DNA of 63,968 nucleotides, filler included, from Rhabdomonas costata (Eukaryota), in NCBI GenBank assembly GCA_019059605.1. It is 23 parts of 23 records of this genome, joined end to end, with 100 filler letters (N's around TTAATTAATTAA, not from the genome) between each part and the next. Parts side by side here need not be neighbours in the genome. Positions count along the whole stretch, not along the records: positions 1 to 2,690 come from JAHMHO010002345.1; positions 2,791 to 5,478 come from JAHMHO010002346.1; positions 5,579 to 8,267 come from JAHMHO010002347.1; positions 8,368 to 11,056 come from JAHMHO010002348.1; 19 more parts are not named here. One strand, 5' to 3'. Below are positions 1-10,330 of this stretch, one piece after another (position 1 is the first letter of the stretch; the number at the start of each line of letters is the position of its first letter). Made by a program: the position numbers and the translations under genes. The notes under the pieces were generated by a model. It saw nothing but the letters and a program-made list of their open reading frames with translations, was not told the origin of the DNA and did not search any database.

Positions 1-348
1 GTGGTTGTGTACTTTCAAAAGTGGTCGGCAAAAAAGAACTAAAGGAACCGTGGCCAGAAAAAAGCGGTGAGACAGAAATCAAAGAGAGAAAGACATGCAG
101 CCAGTAAGTAAGGTCTATTCACCTGACGGTAGCCATACCCCCCTCGCACCCGGAAACCATTCCATAATTCAACCGTTTCCACCACAGCAAGCGACTAAAG
201 CGGTAGCAGCAATATTAACACAGGAGTCCAGTGCTCTGTATGTCACAACAAATGAGAGAGAGCTGAAGAACCGTCGCTTCTCAAAAAACGGCGGCACAAG
301 TTTGTGGCTGCGTAAAAGAGTGCCTTGAATCGCAGCTGGATGCTGCTC

Positions 349-1902
349 CTACCCGATGTCACGCAGCCGTGCGGCAAACTTCTCTGACTCATCGGGCTTC
401 GGCAGCGCCACCTGAAAAACAAAGTCCCGGTAAGTTAGACGAAAAGCATGCCCCTGTGTCTGCTCACGCCCCAGCAAAGACGCGCATCTAACGACAAGCC
501 AATAAGCCATCTTCCAATGCTCTCCTCGGGGGAGCGGCAATGGAAATCATGACCAGGAGTCCCATGTGTACCTTCTGCATAAAAAAGTTAGGAAACACGG
601 CAACACTGCTCGAAAATGAAGTTGAAAAAGAGGAACGGGGAAAATAACAATAATTTCGGGACGCGCCGAGGCACCTCGCTGGCCACGTCGCACCAGATGA
701 CGCTGCCCCGGACATCCCCGACAACAAGGCTGCGGCCATCCCGTGAGAATTTCACCTTATTGCCCGCAGAGCCACCTGTGTGTTATTTGGCCCTCATTGG
801 CTAATGAGCATCTCACACAGACACAGAGATGTAAAACTTTTCGGATGTGGCATGCTCGGGGTCCAGGAGTCCGGTACGTTGCTGGAGGTGACGAGCATGC
901 ACCCCTCCCCGGTTCAGTTCACCTCTTTAGCAATGTTCTCGATAATTTGAATGTGGTTGCTTACCTGGGAAGAACCGCTTCCTGTGTGGGAAGCACAAGA
1001 AGTGAAGAAAAAAGACTGGCGCGCCTTTTTTTGCGGTCAGGTGCGAAACTGAAGCATTGGCCTTGCTGTACCTTTCCTGGAGCTTTCATGAAATAAATGG
1101 CTAAGGTTATCTTGGCTGACGATGTTTTCGTCCTGTTGCTTGCGGAGTAAAAAGGAGAAGGAGTGAACGTGGAGACCAGCCCTCACCACGTGGCTGGGGG
1201 GGGGGGGCATTGCCACAGGCCGAAAATTCTAGCTTTACCATTCCAGCTTACCATTTAACCCAAATACATCTTACCCAAAACCTGAGGAAGAATTTGTGGA
1301 GGAATTTGTGGAGGGGGATGACATGAGAAATGACCGGTGACATCCAGCCGGGCCAGAGGAAGTTCCATGGTTGCACTCAGCTGCCACAGCAGCAGCTCCC
1401 CCCGCCCGTCAATCGACGCGAAGGTGGAGGGGTGCACAGGGGACCACGCCACGTCGTAGATATAGTCCTGGTACTCATCGAAGGAGAGCAGGTAGCGGCT
1501 CCGCTGGAGAGCAAAAAGAATTGGTGACGCGTCACAAAAAACACTCCACTCCGAATTAGAATATCCATTGCCCCATTGTTTGGGGGTGTCCCGCAACAGG
1601 GAGATCCTTTCCGTCAGTTTTGTCAACCCCCAAACGATGCTCAAGCTGCCAACTGGAATTTATCAACTTTGAGCAGCCCGAAATGCTCCAGCATCTGCAC
1701 TTGCGTAAACGAGCATGTAATTCCTCACATGAACAACATAGTTTGTCAACATCTCTATTCGCACTCATAACTCATCACAGGTCAACTGCGCACTCCACAG
1801 AATTTTCACAAACACAGAGACAACAGACCCTTTGGGACCAAAGCTTGCACGTCCAGTCGAGGCTAGAGGTCAAAATCAGGTCCGAGAAGTCAGAGGAACC
1901 AC
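349..1902 (-). CDS. DYNC1I: Cytoplasmic dynein intermediate chain, WD40 C-terminal part (5'-partial, 4 exons)
   Basis: Phase-compatible GT-AG exons 1902-1829, 1503-1335, 775-675 and 411-349 give DFSDLILTSSLDWTCKLWSQR/RSRYLLSFDEYQDYIYDVAWSPVHPSTFASIDGRGELLLWQL.../GNKVKFSRDGRSLVVGDVRGSVIWCDV/VALPKPDESEKFAARLRDIG*. This follows the known dynein IC motifs in order (DFSxLFxTSSxDWTxKLW, DYVYDVxWSPxHP). Confidence 0.85.
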
Positions 1903-2081
1903 CTATGACACGACCGCCACACAAATGTACATCAAAACAACTGCAGACATTCCGGTTTACAGTCGAGGTTTACGGGAAAGCGGGTGGAGTGGTCAACCCC
2001 TTCGTTGGGGTTCCATCTGTTTGGTGACCCCCCACTATTCAGGGTGGGATCACTGTCCAACTACGTGATCGACAGAAAGGA

Positions 2082-2329
2082 TAGCTGGAGGGATGCTGAG
2101 CGTAGCGAGGCATCCCGACATCAACATCTTCATACACTCTTCTTGTCGTCGTGATGCTCACGTCCTCTCGCATCACTCCTCCATCATGGTTCGTTCCACC
2201 ACCATAGGGTGGTTCCACTCACTCTTACATCCTTACAGCCATCGTCCTGCGGAGCCCTTACCCTTACACATACACGAAGCATGGGTGCGTTAGCGAGCCA
2301 TGCGTAGTAGAAGGCACATGCGGTAGGAA
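2082..2329 (+). repeat. Non-coding repeat with two GC-GTA-GC-type capped hairpins; homologous to 7688-7754 (minus)
   Basis: Hairpins at 2090-2116 and 2279-2303. Positions 2304-2329 match the reverse complement of 7688-7713 at 23/26 nt. Confidence 0.7.
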
Positions 2330-2690
2330 CATGAGAGGGTAAGGGTTATTCTTCTCTTCTTTCTTCTCTTCTCTCCCTCTGAGTCATGCTGAGTTACTGC
2401 ATTCTTCACTCACAGTCATGCTGATACCCTTACACTTACACCCTACTTCACCAACATCAACCCAACAGCCCCCAAAACCACCAACCACCACTCCTCCAAC
2501 GCTAAGAATACAAACACACTGCATGCACTAACCCATCACTACCATCAGCCCTCCAACTTCAGCCCTTTCCACTCCAACCACCCCACTGCCAACACTCCAC
2601 CATCACGTCATAAGCACTACACCATCACTACCAACGCACTACCAACACTCCTCCAACAACAGGGCCCAGGAAACGGAGACACACCCCCCC

Positions 2691-2790
2691 NNNNNNNNNN
2701 NNNNNNNNNNNNNNNNNNNNNNNNNNNNNNNNNNTTAATTAATTAANNNNNNNNNNNNNNNNNNNNNNNNNNNNNNNNNNNNNNNNNNNN
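2691..2790. other. Artificial contig linker N44-TTAATTAATTAA-N44 (first of 22)
   Basis: Identical 100-bp spacer with stops in all six frames. Others start at 5479, 8268, 11057, 13845, 16628, 19414, 22200, 24989, 27775, 30560, 33346, 36130, 38913, 41698, 44477, 47260, 50042, 52839, 55627, 58408 and 61189. Confidence 0.99.
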
Positions 2791-2928
2791 GGTGGGGGGG
2801 GCGTCCCTATATCCTCGAACTCTTCCCTGCGCCAAGTCAAACAACCCTCGAAGGAGGAGAGAGAGGATGAAGCGGCAACTTTCAACACACCAACCAGATG
2901 CCCACGGAGGTGCCGCTTCAGGCGGCAC

Positions 2929-5230
2929 CTCCGTGGGCTTCACCGCCGTCTCAGAGATCTTCAGAGCACATCTGAAGGGAATCACACCAGGCAACCAGTG
3001 AAAATGTGGCAAGGTCGCAGTCGGGAGAGTAGTGTCCAAGATGAGGTGAGTTCCTCAGAGCGGGGGGTGGGGAAGGAAAGAAGTCGCTCGAAGGGCGAGG
3101 GCGAGGGAAAAATGACCGAGTACTTTTCGAGTACTTTTCAGCGTTTAAGGGCAGCTAAACCTCTGCCAGCGTTCCAGCACAGCAAAGATCGATACAACTG
3201 TGAGTTCTTCAAGCCGCAAGGGAAGAGACCTCTCACTGCAAACTGCCCGCGGCGCACACACAGCGTCGAGGGTTGGCCGCTGAGCCTGGATGATAGGCGC
3301 ACAAGAAAAAACAAACGTACAAATACAAAGACAGACCTGCAGGCGGCAAACTCATGGTTCACAACCTCGCTTTCGGCGTTGAAGGAGGCGAAGGCCGTGG
3401 AGGGGCTGATCCTCTCCAAGAAGCCCCCGTGCAGCAGCACCGTGCGGGAGACTTCCCCCCAGAACTAAGGAAAAGGTGGTGGGGGTTTCCAAAAGGCGAC
3501 GAGGACCAATGCGCGGAGAATCTAGTTCATATTCTAGTTCAAAGTGAACCCCCCTTCTTCTCTGCAGTGATAAACTCCCTCTTCCCAAAAGTGTCCCTTC
3601 AACTCGTTTGAATCTCTTGCATTCAGTGAGACAATCTCTTGCCGGTAGTCCTCAAGCTGTAAGGTATGAACAATGAGCAAAGTGAAAGGCGGCAATTCCC
3701 AACGCCGGTGGTGAACGGTGAAAGCAGCGATCGAGAAAGAACTGGAAAAGAATCGCTTCACAAGTAACCAAAACTGGCGGGTGCAAAAATTGCCTTGCCA
3801 GCATAAGCTTTTGCCATCTTTCTCCCTCTTCTCCCTCAAGTGGGAGTGGGGATAGCGCGGAGAGTCTGCCGCCGAAAGCTGATGGCACGGTCTCTCACAC
3901 CCAGCGCGTAAGCAGGCAACAGCATGCAGGCACGACCAGAACGACCAGAATCTTATCCCACAAACCTGCTTCACGGCATCTGTGGCGATCGGGTGTCCCA
4001 GGTCCTGCAGAAGCTTGTCAAAGAAGACCAAGGTGATGCACAGCACGCTCACCTCCTTGCGCGCATAGGGTCCCTCCTGGCACAAGGGTGAAGAGACTTG
4101 GCGCCCACGCTTTTGTTACGTATGGTGTGGACCTGGGGACCGATGTCCCCATTTTCCACGTTCACAAGGTTATCCACCTGCATCCAAGAATTCGCCAAAC
4201 AAAAGTGTTCACCGCGCTATAACGGCGAAACTAGAAAAAGACATTAGCGCAGAATAGGAGGGTGGATAGAAGCAAAAAGCAACCAAGTCATCGACACGGA
4301 ACCACAGAAAGGCAAGGTTTCACTTGGAAATTGAGGTCTCGGACAAAACAAATGGGAAAGAAGCCGCCCCCACAAATAATCCTGAATCACTGCCCTATTA
4401 TTGAAAAGGGGCACGTTGCATACGTAACAGAGAAGGGAGAACAAGCCAGAGAAGTCACGCCCCGCACACAGAACATATACCCGAAGAGAGGGCACTCGGA
4501 CTTCCGAGATGGTGGGGTCGACCGTGGGGCTGACCAGGGAAGTGTTGGAAGAGCCGCGGGGAAGCATAACCATCGCTTTGTGAACCAGCTCCTGTGGGCC
4601 CGAACGCATGGCAACTTATTCGCATCACGACTTTTTGCGCTTTTTTTTTTACGAACGCGAAAGAAGAGAAACACTGCTCACCGTACCGCCTCGAGAGCTG
4701 AAATTGGATATGGCTTTGTTGTCTGGCTCTCCTCCATAGCTGATTAGCTGGCTCTCCAGCACTGACGGACAACCCCGGCCGTGGACTAGGACTTGCCTGT
4801 ACTCGTATTTTTCTCTCAGTATTCAGGATCGTTATACGAACCCGAATGACGCCGTCCGTTCAGCAGCGTGCAACGTGCAATGCCAGACTTTTTTCAATGC
4901 AAATTGGAATGAAAGGAAACGCAGCTGTAAAAGGAGAGGGAGAGAGACAACCCGCACAATGGTTCCCGGGTTCTCGCACTGTGTCACCGTTACCGCGAGC
5001 TGGTTCACCACCTTCCCCAGCTGGGTGAGGTGCCCCTTCATGGTCTGCTCCAGGTACAGCAGGAACCCCACCTGGATGAGCCCGATCAACGCCAGCACCA
5101 GGTCCACGGCCAAGGCCTGGCCCGAGGCCAGCACCAGCCCCATCCCGGGCGTCGAGAACCCAACCGCCACGCGGAGCGCCAGAGTGGGCAAAGACCAGAC
5201 TCAGCCCCGGGCCCAGGGCCTGGGGGTACA
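2929..5230 (-). CDS. Membrane protein with a degenerate class III nucleotidyl-cyclase-like domain (partial)
   Basis: Hydrophobic exon ~5230-4994. Exons 4076-3966 (KEVSVLCITLVFFDKLLQDLG), 3464-3337 (FWGEVSRTVLLHGGFLERISPSTAFASFNA..HEFAAC) and 2971-2929 (RCALKI) splice in phase and follow the cyclase beta1-alpha2-GG-beta2/3-FNA-H-A-AL pattern. A further exon near 4590-4500 is likely. Confidence 0.6.
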
Positions 5231-6242
5231 CTAGAGCCGCGCTCACCGCAGGGATCACAAGCATTACCTGAGATATACCGAAGGGGTACAGTGCAGCAGT
5301 GCACAGGCAGTAAGATAGAGAGCGCCATATCAGGCGAGAGCAGCGCAACTGTGCGCGCCCGGGGTTTTGGCAGAAGGGGGCGAGGTTTTCGCCATATTGC
5401 CTTCACCGCTTGTGGCATCCGGAACCCAAAATCCCTCCCGTCCGCACATGGTTGGTGGTGTGTTCCTCACCCACCACCNNNNNNNNNNNNNNNNNNNNNN
5501 NNNNNNNNNNNNNNNNNNNNNNTTAATTAATTAANNNNNNNNNNNNNNNNNNNNNNNNNNNNNNNNNNNNNNNNNNNNGTTTGTTGGTCGGGTCTTCCTT
5601 CCCCGCCACTCCGTCGAAAGTGTCGGACTCAGGTGGTGGTGGTTCGAGTACAGGTGGGGGGTCTTCATGGGGTGCTTCTGCGGGCTGCAACTGTTCGAGG
5701 AACCCCCGCGTGAGATAAAAGCTCCAGGGAGATCGTCTGAAACTGGGGATCATTCGTGTGAGGACATGGGAGCATGGCCTTCTGTTGATGTGGGTTGGGC
5801 TCCGGCAAGTAGTGGGGTGGGGAACGTGGCGAAGCTGGCTGCGATCCCTCCCTTGCGTGGCGGGGGCCGACTTGTAATGGCGGAATTTCCCACTGTGAAT
5901 TGCTGCGTGCTGTATTCGTCGAAAATCTGCTTCGACTTGTTGGTGTAGCTCGGCTTAGTTGGGGTCACGCGGCTCAATGCCTTTGATCCGCTGGTTATCC
6001 AACAAAATGCGATTGTCGGTGCCGGGGCTTTGAGCGTACAACGCATGTTGGTTGAAGTGATTCCTTCATTTCTGCACTCGGAGGGTCGGATCAGCTGGGT
6101 CACAGGTCTATAACGGCCTTCGTGGAAGCTGACTCGTGGTTCTCACCTGGTTTTGCTGGTCGCATGTGACGTAGGAACCCAGGGCCACAAGAATCACACA
6201 CATACATCATGGCATATTTGTACGTGCCACTATCATCACGGG

Positions 6243-8110
6243 GCATGAGCCGCGTAGCGGGTCATGCGTAGTAAGTGCATGTACATTTGCATAATCCCAT
6301 ATCTCATGCCATCACGCATCGGGATTTTTGATGGACGTTTGATGGGAGCTTGATGGAATGCTCACGTGCATGTACACACACCCCATCTCTCATGTTATGC
6401 GTGTAATGGAAGCTGGTGGTTCCATCTCTATCTCTATTATGCGTGGTAGGGTTGGTTCCCAATGGTGGTGTATGCGGTAGGGATGGGAGTTTTGAATTTC
6501 CGTTGGGGTTCATATTTTCGGTTTTCTAATTTCTGTGTTCGGGTTTTGAATTCTGAGTCGGAGTTTTGATGTTGGTATTTCTCTCTTTGGTCTTTGCATT
6601 CTGGGTTGTGTGTTTGTGTTTCGGGTTCACTCTTCGGAGTGTCTTCTGGTGTTGAGGTTTTGGGTGTTGGTGTTCGGTCTTTGCATTCGGGTTCGAGGTT
6701 AATGATGTCCTTCGGGATATCCAAGCTGTGATGATGAAAGCCATGCGGGAGGCAAAGAGGTTGATAGAAGGAAAGCTTAAACCACCGAAGGACAAAACTA
6801 TCCGTGAGCAATGACAGATGATGATAAACAAAGACCTCGACATGAATTGGAACGAGCAGGTCAGGAAGTTCAGACCGCCACCACATGAGGATCGACAGGA
6901 AGGCCAGGATGAACAGTCCACCGGATCCGCTTGGAAGGCAACGCTTGATGAACGCAGCGGTAAACAGGTAGATGCGACTAAGTGTGACGGGCCCATGGTG
7001 TCAGTTGAGGGTATGCGTCTAAGTAGGTCCTATGGTCACAGTCCTACACGAAAGCGCCAGTGTTCGATGGCTATAAACTATCACTGGCTGACACGTGCAC
7101 TGTAGTAGCACTATGGGTATACACCATAGTTGTGAGTAGGCCATGTTGTCAGGAGTCGCCTAGTCCACGTGACGGATATGACTGGTAAACACCTCCGGAG
7201 GAAGCTATAAGATCAGGCCAAGGCTCAACCCAGCCAACATCAGCCAATAGGTTGTGTATGCATGTCGTAGCCCTACACCATAGATAGGTAGCAGCTGGCA
7301 TGCAATTCCACCTGAGAGTTGGCATTGCTACTCCGATTCCACCATCAGCAACATCCTAGCATGTCGGTCTCGTCGACATCCACTTAGGATCTTGCCACTG
7401 GGGTTGGAGCAGCATCAACCACACTACGCAGCATCGGTACCAGCATCACCCATAGCAGCTTGCACTACCATGATGACACTGACACCAACACCACTCGAAG
7501 GGTAACCCTACATGCATGTTGCTGATGGTGTAACGCTAACTCTACATGGTTTGATAGAGTGAGAGGATGTGAGAGTTCAGACACAGCACACAGAGGTAGT
7601 GAGAGAGATGAGCCCTTGATGTTGATGACGCAATTAACGTGATGGTGACAGGGGCGGTGGCTGCCAGTGTAAATGTGTAAGAATGCATTCCTAACGCACG
7701 TGCCTTCCACTACTCGGTCATGTCTCTGCTACGCTCAGACATGCCCTCCATCTACTGTAAGCGTAATCTTCCACTGTGTTCTCTTGCTGTGGCTACGCCA
7801 GGACGGATCTCACGTACCGCCTAATGGCGGGGAGTGAGAGGAATGACAGTCATGGTTGAGTGATGTTCAGAAGAAGGTCCCCACTCATGTAAGGTTGTGA
7901 TGGTTGTAATGGAGGTTGCTGTAGGGATGATGCGTATGGGTGGTGGTGATGATGGGTGGGCATGGGGACCCCGAGAAGTATTTGTTTGTAGTGATGTCCA
8001 CTGCGTGTCCATCCATCCAGAGATGTGATGGTTTGTCGTTCCACTCCTCACCTTCTATTCTAATCCATGATGGCATACTACTACGCGATGTCGCTACGCA
8101 CCATCGCTAC
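6243..8110. repeat. Non-coding, strand-skewed region with four GC-GTA-GC hairpin copies
   Basis: Hairpins at 6243-6267 (+), 7719-7743 (-), 7790-7800 (-) and 8085-8107 (-). No credible exons in the interval. Confidence 0.6.
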
Positions 8111-8367
8111 GTAATGTGATGGAGAGATGGGAGTGAGCGAAGGGAAACCGTATAGTTGAAGAGTGAAGAAGAAGAGTCGTCACATTTTTCCGAAGTACAG
8201 TCGTCACACTCGCTCGTTGCACTCTCTCCTGTTCCTCCACTTTATTCTGATCACGGTTCACAACCACNNNNNNNNNNNNNNNNNNNNNNNNNNNNNNNNN
8301 NNNNNNNNNNNTTAATTAATTAANNNNNNNNNNNNNNNNNNNNNNNNNNNNNNNNNNNNNNNNNNNN

Positions 8368-8983
8368 CTTGGCCTCCTCATCGCCCCGATGGTTTTCCAG
8401 CTGCTCTTCCGGCGCTGGCTCGTGGTCCCCGTATTTCCCTCCATGGAAGCTGCCCTATGCCCAGCCTGCGGTGCCCAGGGAGACACCCACGGGGACCACG
8501 TGCTGTGCTGCGCAGCACTGGGCCGGTACGCGCGACACACGGCCCTGGTTGACGCCCTGGTGCACGTTGCTGAAGCTGTGGGTTTCACCTGCCTTCGGGA
8601 GCAAGGCGCTGATCAGTCCAGGAAGCGGACCGTGGATTTCCTCATTCTCGGGTTTGACCGCGGGGTGGAGATGGCCGTAAAAGCATCCGTGGTTTATCCC
8701 CTGCAGCTGCAGGCGGACTTTGTTAAGGACTGCGTGGCAGTGGCCACTCACCGAGAGCAACAGAAGACTAGCAGTACCTCGTCCGCTGCCACAGAACCGG
8801 CTTGCGCTTCGCCTCGGTGGTCGTGAAGACTACAGGAGGGTGAGGCCAGTACTCCTCGTGCTTCTTGCGGAAGCTTTTCCGGGCATACCGCTCGCGGCAC
8901 CCAGGCACCAAGTGTCTGTGTGTGTCGCCAAAGCAGTGTGGCGGCAGCTGGGTTGCGCGGTGATACACTACAGCCAGCCTTGA
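8368..8983 (+). mobile_element. Decayed non-LTR retrotransposon 3' end, CRE-like (CCHC knuckle plus restriction-like endonuclease)
   Basis: CPACGAQGDTHGDHVLCC..RH..L...G...E...RTVDFLI...AV.ASVVYPL...QK, then after a frameshift near 8770 QYLVRC..GLRFASVVVKTTGG*G. The RPAD-type motif is eroded and TGA sits where Trp is usual. A pyrimidine-rich tail follows. Confidence 0.75.
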
Positions 8984-9566
8984 TTTGTAATGGCTCCGCC
9001 ACCCCTCCATCCACGATGCTCACCAGCTTTAGACGTAGATGTACAGTGTCTTTTTGATATCTGTTCTGGGTTTCTTGTTTGACTTCATTCCTCCGCTCCC
9101 TATCCCTACATTTGCTTGTCTGCTTTCTTCACAGGTTCCATCCATACGACTGGTTCCACCCAACCATTTGTATTACCCAAGTGCCTTATTCTGCGTCCCT
9201 TTCCATCCAGTCCTCTCACACGCTTGTTGTCACTCTACAACTTCTTCTTCATCTACAGCCTCCAATCTTTCATCTGATCGGACCCCCACCCCCCTTACCG
9301 CTACTCCACTTTTTTCCGCACCGTCCACAACCGTTTTGAACTATCCTCCGCCCATTCCATTTCTTTCACCCTCACATATTTTTCAGTCTTTACATTAATT
9401 TTGTGCTTTATCGTCTTTGTCTCTTATGTGCTTAGATCACCCCAGCTGTCTTTGTCGCGTTCCTTCCTGTAAATTGTTTGCTTTTTGGTGTTGCACTCTT
9501 CCCAAACTCTTGTGCCTGTGCCGCAGTGCCGTGAAGCTTTGTTGTTTGCTTAAAAATACAACACAC

Positions 9567-10330
9567 TTAATAACTGTACACATATGAGAAATATTTCATC
9601 CTAATGCTTCCACGTTTTTCTCTTCGAGTAGTACATTTTTGAAGCTGATGATATTTTCTCGACGCAAACAAGTCCTCGCCATGTACTCCTAACATATTGT
9701 TGCACACTGCAATGAAGATAACAGTTTTCACATTCGCGTCATTCTCCGTATCAAAATCTGGTAAATTAATCCACCCTTCAACTCTGTGCAACTTTGCTTC
9801 ATCATACCCATCATCAACACATTCTTCATCTAAGATCGGCACATTCGAACCTCACGTATAATTACCACCTTCGACCACAGACTACTCACTGATTGTCTCC
9901 CCTTCACGCATCGAAGTACTAAGCTCAGTTTTGGAGCTAGTCAACCACCATCCATCTGGCTGCCATTCTCTCACAACAATATTTTTCTTCATGTAAGAAC
10001 TCTACTTACTCATCGTCCAATCGTACCACCTGATACTGCCCATTGTGTCTTGCTTATGATTTGGCTCCCTGATGCGTTTAATCAAATTCACCATCTCAAA
10101 AGTAATCCAGCTAATGACTTCATACTAGCTTGACTCCTTGTACTCACGATGCTGAGAATGATCGTTCTCAACGAACTATTTGTCGTGATATTCTTCTGCT
10201 AACTCGTTACCTTGAAATTCCATATCAAGCTTCTGAAGCTTATTTCCGAAAACGTTAATGCTTTGCAATTAGTTTTTTCTGATATCCACTCTCCAACCTC
10301 TGCATTTCCATGACCACTTTCACAACACCG
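9567..10330 (-). pseudogene. AT-rich, intronless degraded reading frame of unknown origin
   Basis: One minus frame runs about 250 codons with only a few stops (..INVFGNKLQKLDMEFQGNELAEEYHDK*..HRVEGWINLPDFD..). Composition is unlike host exons and no family was recognised. Confidence 0.3.

Noticed and set aside
913-963. Alternative terminal exon VSNHIQIIENIAKEVN* for the dynein gene
   Set aside because: It is in the wrong phase, and the downstream exons 775-675 and 411-349 supply the conserved C-terminus.
3337-3966. Possible non-canonical intron or frameshift at the 3464 acceptor
   Set aside because: Counting the six-G run gives a clean phase-0 GT-AG junction (KQ|FWGEV).
8820-10330. In-frame TGA/TAG suggesting an alternative genetic code
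   Set aside because: These stops occur only in decayed elements that also have frameshifts. Conserved host genes use TGG for Trp and end at TAG or TAA.
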